Shown piece by piece: positions 1 to 6,816 of a DNA stretch of 6,816 nucleotides. Numbering within the stretch: the first letter of the stretch is position 1; the number at the start of each line of letters is the position of its first letter. This DNA is from Octopus sinensis (Eukaryota), in the NCBI RefSeq assembly GCF_006345805.1, contig NW_021829091.1:1-6816 (forward strand), read 5' to 3'. A program made the translations under genes and the position numbers. The notes beneath the pieces were generated by a model. The model searched no databases, was not told the DNA's origin, and saw only the letters and a list, made by a program, of their open reading frames with translations.

Positions 1-336
1 CCTGTTGTTGAGGTTGAAATTCCAACGAAAGAGCCTTGATTGTAGGTTGAAAAAACCGGTTCTTTCTCGACTGACAAGAAATCTTGAAATAAAACTGAAT
101 GACATGCATACATTCAGTCTCTTTTAATGTGGGTCGAACGAACGAGGAAGGAAGTACACAACATAGGATATGGAGTACATTGTATTTTTTTAAGATGAAA
201 CATTATAGTCCAGAACTCGAGTTTCACGCCATTGCCCTCTGTAGGCAAGTACATTTATATACGCATAAGTGCGAACGCTTATGTATATGTACGTATGTCT
301 CTATATAAGCATGTGTTTTTATGTGTGTATCTGTGA

Positions 337-376
<40 letters not shown>
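337..376. repeat. (AT)8(GT)12 microsatellite
   Basis: Direct reading. Confidence 0.97.
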
Positions 377-505
377 TTGTACTTTCGTGTTAATATCTTT
401 GTGTTCAGGCGAGTATCTTGCTACACAGGAGTATCTAGTTGCATCATTTATTCTTTATGCTCAGAGAAAATATTTCCTCTATTTAATACTAAATTCAGCC
501 TTGTA

Positions 506-544
506 CATCATCATCATCATTATCATCATCATCATCATCATCAT
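506..544. repeat. (CAT)13 with one TAT interruption
   Basis: Direct reading; source of the poly-His and poly-Ile ORF artefacts. Confidence 0.97.
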
Positions 545-639
545 CAAACACCGAACAACACCAGCTCTCTCTAAAACGAACCGGTTTTAAATCTTATTAA
601 GTCATCATTTACCATTAGCGATAAGTTCTTCCGTTTCTC

Positions 640-724
640 AACCTCCTCCTCTTCCTTCCTCCTCCGCATTCTCCTCCTTCTCCCCCTTCACTTTCTAATT
701 ATTATCTTCCTTCTCTTTCTTCTC
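640..724. repeat. Degenerate CT/CCT/CTT polypyrimidine tract
   Basis: Direct reading. Confidence 0.85.
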
Positions 725-749
725 CTAGCGATAATCGCTCCGCTTCGAC

Positions 750-845
750 AAACAACTACACCACTACAACAACAACAACTACTACTACTACCACTACTAC
801 TTTTACTGCTGTTGCTGCTGTTGATGTTGTTGTGGTTGTTGTTGA
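750..845. repeat. Mosaic trinucleotide repeats (CAA/CTA, then GCT/GTT)
   Basis: Direct reading. Confidence 0.92.
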
Positions 846-981
846 TCCACTCGCTTTTCGTATTTTAAATTTCACCAGAGGAATCTGCAAGCATCGAAAC
901 AGATCCACAAACACACATGCGCACTCAAACAAACAAATATGCAATTATGCAGACATACACGCATTCCCATGTACATACACG

Positions 982-985
<4 letters not shown>

Positions 986-1026
<41 letters not shown>

Positions 1027-1030
1027 ATAC
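986..1030. repeat. (CA)n microsatellite
   Basis: About 17 perfect CA units at 986-1019, then degenerate. Confidence 0.97.
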
Positions 1031-1159
1031 ATCATTGTGCAGTTATATATACAGACATGCGCGCGTGAGAATGTTATATACTATTTTAATTGGTATCCTT
1101 TATCTTGAAGTAGTAATATAAGCTATTTGTACCAAACAGTTTAGTAATGAATGCTTTTG

Positions 1160-1256
1160 TTGGTGTTGTTGCAGTTGCTGGTGGTGGTGGTGCTACTGCT
1201 GTTGTTGCTGCTTTGTTTCCCTTGTAACTGTTGTTGTTGTTGTTGTTGCTGTTGTT
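1160..1256. repeat. Mosaic (GTT/GCT/GGT)n
   Basis: Direct reading. Confidence 0.9.
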
Positions 1257-1331
1257 AACTGCTGAGATTTTTCGTTTCCCCTCAGGTCAATTGCACACAG
1301 ATACTGATCAACTACTTACGTATAACCATTG

Positions 1332-1332
<1 letters not shown>

Positions 1333-1386
<54 letters not shown>
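1333..1386. repeat. Interrupted (AT)n
   Basis: Direct reading. Confidence 0.97.
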
Positions 1387-1389
<3 letters not shown>

Positions 1390-1674
1390 CAATTTAATTT
1401 AAATGTATGTTAGTAGATTATCTAACCTGATTTTGCATTCGTTTGATTTCTGTAGTTTTTCATCGGTGTATTTTTGGCAATTTGATAAGAGTTTTGACTG
1501 TTATTTCAAGCAGGTTGACATACCTAGTATGTCCTTTGATTAATTTTAATCCCTTGGCTATATAATGCTATTTTTTGGCCTGCTACCGCCTGTGTCATTG
1601 ATTCTGTTATTATCATTTTTGGAAAATAGTTACATTGGATAATAATAGAATTAATGACACCTTCGTAAATTAAT

Positions 1675-1675
<1 letters not shown>

Positions 1676-1720
<45 letters not shown>
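1676..1720. repeat. (TA)n(TG)n
   Basis: Direct reading. Confidence 0.97.
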
Positions 1721-1966
1721 ATGCTGAAAATTGCGTCATTGATATGAACCAGAGATGTGTCAATCCGTAACGTCACCAGACACCAAAGAGACAAAAGGAA
1801 GCATGGCATGCACACACATACACACACTCACACACACGCACTTGCACACTATGATGTTGTTGATGAAACATGTTCTTTGTCTATCTACTTATCCTCTTTG
1901 TGATTTTGGATAATAAGAAAACTATAGAAATGAATCCTTTGAATTTAACTAAATTTTATATTTCTT

Positions 1967-2053
1967 TGCTGCTGAAGATTGCTCTACATTTTAAATTGAT
2001 GTAATATTTGCATTGTTAAATTAAATGGAGTTGCATGAAACGATCGTACTGCA
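1967..2053 (+). ncRNA. Type I hammerhead ribozyme-like motif, copy A
   Basis: CTGAAGA 1972-1978; GAAA 2037-2040; perfect palindrome ACGATCGT 2040-2047 (helix III); GTA triplet 2046-2048; helix I TGCTG 1967-1971 / CTGCA 2049-2053 (4 of 5 pairs); 1979-2036 folds back (TGC/GCA, CATTT/AAATG, ATGTAA/TTGCAT). The helix II closing pair is U-U rather than the usual G-C. Folded by eye. Confidence 0.6.
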
Positions 2054-2080
2054 CTACCTCTGGATATCCTTGTTGCTTAT
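1971..2080 (+). repeat. Dispersed direct repeat, copy A (partner 4133-4242)
   Basis: Manual alignment: 94 identities in 111 columns (15 mismatches, 2 single-base gaps). The flanks are not similar. Confidence 0.95.
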
Positions 2081-2090
2081 GTTTATTAGA

Positions 2091-2151
2091 CATATATAGA
2101 TATATATATATATACATATACATACATACATCACATACATACATACATACA

Positions 2152-2187
<36 letters not shown>

Positions 2188-2219
2188 TATATATTATATA
2201 TATATAATATATATAATAC

Positions 2220-2255
<36 letters not shown>
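2091..2255. repeat. Compound (TA)n/(TACA)n
   Basis: Direct reading. Confidence 0.97.
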
Positions 2256-2262
2256 CCATATC

Positions 2263-2424
2263 TATTCTTCTCTTCTTTTATTTGCAGATATTAATTATAG
2301 GGATTACCTTGAAATTTTCAACTCGATAGAATTGAACCCACCACAAGCACATTGGTGCTGGGACTTATATCGATCTAAGCTATTTTGCGAAATTTAAGGA
2401 ACAAATCAATATTGGTGGTCAAGC
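2263..2424 (-). mobile_element. Old, diverged 3' fragment of an octopus-type SINE
   Basis: The minus strand ends in an AAAAGAAGAGAAGAATA tail. The blocks CCTTGAAATTTT, CTGGGACTTAT..ATCGATCT and GGTGGTCAAGC are in the order I recall for a common octopus SINE. Recall only. Confidence 0.35.
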
Positions 2425-2443
2425 TAGGAGATACATCATAAGC

Positions 2444-2503
<60 letters not shown>

Positions 2504-2520
2504 CATATATATATATATAT

Positions 2521-2560
<40 letters not shown>
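2444..2560. repeat. Interrupted (TA)n
   Basis: Direct reading. Confidence 0.97.
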
Positions 2561-2872
2561 CGGGCACTCCGTCGATTACGACGACGAGAGTTGATCCAGT
2601 TGATCTGATCAATGGAACAGCCTGCTCGTGAAAGTGGCTGAGCACTCCACAGATACGTGTACTCTTAACGTAGTTCTCGGGGAGATTCAGCGTGACACAC
2701 AGTGTGACAAGACTGGCCCTTTGAAATACAGGTACAAGAGAAACAGGAAGAAGGAGTGAGAGAAAGTTGTGTTGAAAGAGTACAGCAGGGTTCGCTACCA
2801 CACCCTGACGGAGTCTCGTGGGGCTTTAGGTGTTTTCGCTTAATAAACACGCACAACGCCGGGTCTGGAATC
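2561..2872 (-). mobile_element. 5'-truncated tRNA-derived SINE (octopus-type)
   Basis: A CpG-rich, higher-GC island with a sharp left boundary. Its minus-strand 3' end runs into (AT)n at 2444-2560, and its minus-strand 5' end keeps only GATTCC, resembling the end of a B box. The body (GGCACTCCGTCG..ACGACGAG, GGAACAGCCTGCTCGTGAAA..GTGGCTGAGCACTCCACAG, GATTCAGCGTGACAC) matches a high-copy octopus SINE as I remember it. Confidence 0.7.
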
Positions 2873-3236
2873 CTGCGTGTGTCATTCCTTCAGTTTTCTG
2901 CTTGTTTATAAACAGACATGACCCTGGCGAAAGTAGCATTACCAGCTTTTAGGTCGTTCAACGTTTCTCAAGTGATCAATAGACCAATTGCTAAACCACT
3001 CATTACGAGCATATAACGGCTACTGTCTTGTATATCACTCTGTGTAAAAACCAGGATGACTGGAGCGCTAACACGGATTTACAATATAGAATTGTGATGA
3101 ACTTTAACCACGGACCCTGCCACAAGAATACTGGGAGTTCTTTACTAATCTAGACAATATTGTAAGCTTGGTATGCAAGCAGAGAGCTTATGGAGTATTT
3201 TGCCCGGATTGATAATCCTTCACTAATAATTCTGTT

Positions 3237-3452
3237 ATATATACATATATATATATATGTGTATATATACATATATACATATATATATACATATATATAT
3301 ACATATATACACACACATACATAAACATATATATATTTACACACACACATATATCTATATGCGCACACACAGACACATACATAAACATATATATACATAT
3401 ATATACGAAGACACTTGAGGGAACAAGGTGTGTGTGGGTGTGCGTGTGTGTG
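3237..3452. repeat. Degenerate (TA)/(CA)/(TG) microsatellite cluster
   Basis: Direct reading. Confidence 0.92.
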
Positions 3453-3762
3453 TACGCTAATACTGAACAGTAAAAATGAGTAACCAAAACCATATTGATG
3501 GTTAAATATTCTCTATTTGTGCGTTAAAAAAAGGTTACCAATGGTTTCGCATACTTAGAGATATTTACAATTGTTTAAAAGTACCACATGCGAACGTTTG
3601 TTGAGAATACTCGATGTTATACGAGAGTGTATAGGATTTCGAAATAAACACATAAATATGCATATATAGATAAGTGAATTATGTGGTACGCTGGAAGAAT
3701 TTTAACGTCAAGGTCTTTCTTCACATGGAACCAATGATATCCTGATTAACCCGCAAATATAA

Positions 3763-3828
3763 TATATATGTATGAGTGTGAGCGTGTATGTGTGTGTGCG
3801 TGTGTGTTTGAGCGCGTGTGTGTGCGTA
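3763..3828. repeat. Degenerate (TG)n/(TGCG)
   Basis: Direct reading. Confidence 0.9.
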
Positions 3829-3979
3829 TGGTGATTGTTCTGCATTCATAAATGATTGCTGTCTCCTTGTACATCTTCATTGTGAATCTGACTTTTGACT
3901 TTCAGTCCAAAATCACGCAGATGACTATTGAGTCCCCGTTGGAAATCTGCACAGCATTTAGACAAACATACAAAAACAT

Positions 3980-4078
3980 GAATACACATAGACACACGTA
4001 CACATACACACATACACACACATACTCACACACACGCACAAACATATATGTACATATATATATATATAATCGTTATAT
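3980..4078. repeat. Degenerate (CA)/(TA)
   Basis: Direct reading. Confidence 0.9.
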
Positions 4079-4129
4079 ATAATCGGGATAAGAATGTGCA
4101 TCGTTCGTTTGATTGGAAAATTTCTATAG

Positions 4130-4215
4130 GTGGCTGAAGATTGCTCGACATTTTAAAACTGATGTAATGCTTACAATGTTTAATAAAATGAAGTAGCATG
4201 AAACGATTGTACCAC
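4130..4215 (+). ncRNA. Type I hammerhead ribozyme-like motif, copy B
   Basis: CTGAAGA 4134-4140; GAAA 4200-4203; ACGATTGT 4203-4210 (palindrome with one G-U); GTA 4209-4211; helix I GTGG 4130-4133 / CCAC 4212-4215; helix II TGCT/AGCA, CATTTTA/TAAAATG, AAAC/GTTT, TGTAA/TTACA. U-U closing pair. Folded by eye. Confidence 0.65.
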
Positions 4216-4242
4216 ATTACCTCGGATATACTTGTTGCTTAT
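4133..4242 (+). repeat. Dispersed direct repeat, copy B (partner 1971-2080)
   Basis: Same alignment; the copies are offset by 2162 bp. Confidence 0.95.
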
Positions 4243-4350
4243 TTTGATTGTAATCACCCTATGGATATATATGGATAATACCATACAAAATTCTGATGGC
4301 TTTGACTTAAGTACCATATTCATCTGAATCTAAATTTTGCTGAACTTATT

Positions 4351-4360
4351 TATATACATA

Positions 4361-4396
<36 letters not shown>

Positions 4397-4562
4397 TGTA
4401 TGTATGTATGTACGTACGTATGTATGTATATATATATATGTATATATATATATGTATATATATGTATATATATATATATATATATATGTGTGTGGTGTGT
4501 GTGGTGTGTTGGTGTGGTGGTGTGTGTGTGTGTGCGTGTGTGGTGTGTATATATACATATAT
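4351..4562. repeat. Compound (TA)n/(TATG)n/(TG,TGG)n
   Basis: Direct reading. Confidence 0.97.
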
Positions 4563-4711
4563 ATCAAATATTCAGGAGTGAATATTTATATATATACTAT
4601 TATTGTTGTTATTATCTGCGGTAATATAAGTAAGTAGTTAATAATAACAACAACAATAATGTAAGTGGTTGCAGGCCTAAAATAGCATTAGACTGCTATA
4701 GAATAAAAATG

Positions 4712-4876
4712 TATATCAATAATAAGGGCACACAAAGGCACCAAACTGCTAGAAAGAGGAGTTAAATCTCTCATTTTTTTTCTCTGTATTTTTCAGTGTT
4801 ATTATTGCTGATTTAAATGTGAGTTTTTATTCCTCCTTCTAGCAGGTAGGCGCCTTTGTGTGATCTTATGATATTG

Positions 4877-4881
<5 letters not shown>
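4712..4881. repeat. Imperfect inverted repeat / long hairpin (possible MITE)
   Basis: Left arm 4712-4776 vs reverse complement of right arm 4815-4881: 55 identities, 10 mismatches, one 2-nt gap. The loop is 38 nt (4777-4814). Both ends lie in TA dinucleotides. Confidence 0.92.
4797..4818 (+). CDS. Candidate 22-nt micro-exon (x-VIIADLN), gene unknown
   Basis: Acceptor TTTTTTTTCTCTGTATTTTTCAG (AG 4795-4796); yUnAy-type CTCAT with A4773; donor AAT|GTGAGT (GT 4819-4820). Only one frame is stop-free. There is no transcript evidence and no supported partner exon. Confidence 0.35.
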
Positions 4882-4903
<22 letters not shown>

Positions 4904-4907
<4 letters not shown>

Positions 4908-5181
4908 ACATCCTGGGTTTCAGGGGCCCACAGCTTTTTAATATTGACTCAAAGAGCCGGAGAGACCTACGCAAAGAGGATGTAGGTGTTTTCAAATCAA
5001 AACTGGACCTCTTCTAGAGAGTCCCAGATGAACCTAGCTCGCGACAAGAGGTGCAAATGAGAGTAGCGACATCAAACTCCCTTATTCACCAAATGCCACA
5101 TATTAGGGGAGGCTCTCAATAGTAACAGTGTAGTAAAACGGCGTCGGCCCAACATGGCCACAGCCGTAAGCTGAAACTAGA
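4904..5181 (+). mobile_element. 5'-truncated CR1-group (CR1/L2/Crack/Daphne-like) LINE: ORF2 C-terminus plus 3' UTR, inactivated
   Basis: The frame from 4904 reads [71 protein letters not shown] (internal TAG 5015-5017, terminal TAG TAA 5120-5125). GPxLFNxL...FKxKLDxFL..VPDxP...SNSL is typical of the ORF2 end in this LINE group. A short 3' UTR follows, then an (AT)n/(GATA)n tail. Confidence 0.85.
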
Positions 5182-5194
5182 ATATACATATATA

Positions 5195-5235
<41 letters not shown>

Positions 5236-5248
5236 TAGATAGATAGAT

Positions 5249-5295
<47 letters not shown>

Positions 5296-5365
5296 TAGAT
5301 ATAGATATATATACATACATATATGCATATATATACATATATATATATATAAATATATGTGTATA
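5182..5365. repeat. (TA)n/(GATA)n compound repeat, directly after the LINE 3' end
   Basis: Direct reading; GATA block at about 5232-5305. Confidence 0.97.
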
Positions 5366-5367
5366 CT

Positions 5368-5420
5368 AATACATTTGTTTGTTTGTACTCCACCTGCCTT
5401 CGTCTTTTGTTTATTTTCGT
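5368..5420 (-). mobile_element. Possible terminal fragment of an interspersed (Penelope-like?) repeat
   Basis: The minus strand AAAATAAACAAAAGACGAAGGCAGGTGGAGTACAAACAAACAAATGTATTAGTA resembles an octopus repeat end as I recall it. It is a short island between (TA)n runs. Confidence 0.25.
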
Positions 5421-5421
5421 A

Positions 5422-5437
5422 AATATATATATTTATG

Positions 5438-5490
<53 letters not shown>

Positions 5491-5660
5491 CATATATGAG
5501 TATATGTGTGTATATATATATGCCCATATAAATACGCAGATAGATAAATATATACCTATATGTGTTGCACACACACACATATACATATACATGTTTGCAT
5601 ATTTGTGCCTCTACAAGCATATATACGCATATATACATATACATATATATATGCACACAC
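5422..5660. repeat. (TA)n and degenerate TA/CA/TG
   Basis: Direct reading. Confidence 0.92.
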
Positions 5661-5869
5661 TCATAGTCATAAATATTCGACCACGCTAGATGATGTTCAA
5701 TGCGTCGTAACGATCACACTTAATATCTGTTTAGTTAACTTATCATCTCTCCGAAGATCGCACTGGATTTTGCTAGCAAAAAGAGCGCCAATGTTTACTT
5801 AATGCTATAAAAAACACTTAAGATGTCTACTTAATTTGATGTATTTTTGTTCATGCTTTTGTTTGTACA

Positions 5870-6090
5870 GTTGATGTTGTTGTTATTTTTGTAACCGTGG
5901 TTGTATTTATCATCGTAGTTGTACTTGTTTTTGTTATCATCATTTTCGTCTTTGTTGTTTTTGTTGTAGTTGTTAGCTTAATTGCTTGTCTGTCTTACTA
6001 TATCATTCTGTCCTCTTACACTCTCCCTCCAACTCAGAATCTCTCTCTCTCTCTCTCCCTTTCCTTCTGTCTTCCTCTCTCTCTTTCTCT
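5870..6090. repeat. Degenerate GTT-rich tract followed by a (CT)n tract
   Basis: Direct reading. Confidence 0.85.
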
Positions 6091-6131
6091 CCACAGTTTC
6101 ACATTCCTTTGCAATAGTTATCTATGCGAGC

Positions 6132-6260
6132 ACATATACACACATATACACACATATACATGCACGAATAGATGCTAAAACAAAATAATATGGAATTACA
6201 CAGATATAGAATCGCAAATACGTACCCACACACATATTAACATACACACACACACACTCA
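6132..6260. repeat. Degenerate (CA)/(TA)
   Basis: Direct reading. Confidence 0.85.
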
Positions 6261-6416
6261 TACAAACATTTATAAACACATACCAAAGCTGTCTTCAGTT
6301 TTCACAGCGACAAGATTAATGAGTAAATATATAAATAAATATGGAAATGGATAAATAAATAAACTTGGCGCTCTCGCCACCCGGCAGATAAGGCAATGGT
6401 GGTAGCGATGGTGAAT

Positions 6417-6422
6417 GATGAC

Positions 6423-6474
<52 letters not shown>

Positions 6475-6475
6475 G

Positions 6476-6510
<35 letters not shown>

Positions 6511-6520
6511 GTGATGATGA

Positions 6521-6554
<34 letters not shown>

Positions 6555-6683
6555 GGTGGTGGTGGTGGTGGTGGTGGTGGTGGTGATGATGATGATGACG
6601 ACGACGACGATGAGGATGATGGTGGTGATGATGATGATGATGATGACGACGACGATGATGGTGGTGGTGGTGGTGGTGGTGGT

Positions 6684-6715
<32 letters not shown>

Positions 6716-6722
6716 GTGGTGG

Positions 6723-6772
<50 letters not shown>

Positions 6773-6773
6773 G

Positions 6774-6808
<35 letters not shown>

Positions 6809-6816
6809 GTGGTGGT
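6417..6816. repeat. Compound (GAT)n/(GGT)n trinucleotide array, running off the window end
   Basis: Direct reading; TGT variants at 6474, 6510 and 6772. Confidence 0.98.

Noticed and set aside
94-118. 8-bp hairpin ACTGAATG/CATTCAGT containing CTGAATGA
   Set aside because: Short and AT-rich. The spacing does not fit CUGANGA, and the nearest GAAAC..GTC (about 197-210) gives no convincing helices.
52-588. 11-bp inverted repeat AAAACCGGTTC (52-62) / GAACCGGTTTT (578-588) as transposon TIRs
   Set aside because: 8 of the 11 bp are a self-palindrome, there is no target-site duplication, and the interior is a patchwork of microsatellites.
1269-1325. Acceptor-like TTTTCGTTTCCCCTCAG with a possible 34-nt exon 1286-1319
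   Set aside because: The donor C|GTATAA is weak and the peptide is unrecognisable. One frame is phase-compatible with the 4797 micro-exon, but that is expected by chance.
2263-2397. Acceptor-like TTCTTTTATTTGCAG followed by an open frame (DINYRDYLEIF...)
   Set aside because: The pyrimidine tract is best explained as an antisense SINE tail, and no good donor occurs before the stop at 2395-2397.
2903-2914. Palindromic forkhead-type site TGTTTATAAACA
   Set aside because: A short AT-rich motif with no supporting regulatory context.
1690-4560. A 2.16-kb tandem segmental duplication (TG run, CA run, 110-bp unit, TA run appear twice)
   Set aside because: The complex sequence between these landmarks does not align. 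Only the 110-bp unit is homologous.
6292-6298. CTGAAGA on the minus strand as a third hammerhead core
   Set aside because: The nearest downstream GAAAC is about 200 nt away and is not followed by a pairing GUH.
99-6725. The ORFs in the supplied six-frame track
   Set aside because: They are mostly translations of microsatellites (YIYI, HTHT, CVCV, poly-D/G/M/V/H) or lie inside SINE/LINE relics. None shows a recognisable protein domain.
1-6816. Prokaryotic systems, CRISPR arrays, tRNA or rRNA genes
   Set aside because: There are no regularly spaced repeats with unique spacers, no cloverleaf or rRNA-like sequence, and no gene-dense structure. The window looks eukaryotic throughout.

Overview
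Eukaryotic, AT-rich, microsatellite-saturated DNA that looks intronic or intergenic. No complete gene is supported: nearly every ORF in the supplied track is a translation of simple repeats or of a repeat element. The repeat relics match what I remember of octopus (coleoid cephalopod) repeats; this is recall, not a database result. Supported content: (1) two 85%-identical copies of a ~110-bp element (1971-2080, 4133-4242), each containing a type I hammerhead-ribozyme fold with the full conserved core (CUGAAGA...GAAA...GUA), a long helix II and a short palindromic helix III, but a non-canonical U-U helix II closing pair; (2) a 170-bp imperfect inverted repeat (4712-4881) that encloses a candidate 22-nt micro-exon and pairs its putative branch point with its 5' splice site; (3) the 3' end of a CR1-group LINE (4904-5181); (4) a 5'-truncated tRNA-type SINE on the minus strand (2561-2872) and a weaker SINE relic; (5) many di-, tri- and tetranucleotide repeats, ending in a compound (GAT)n/(GGT)n array.
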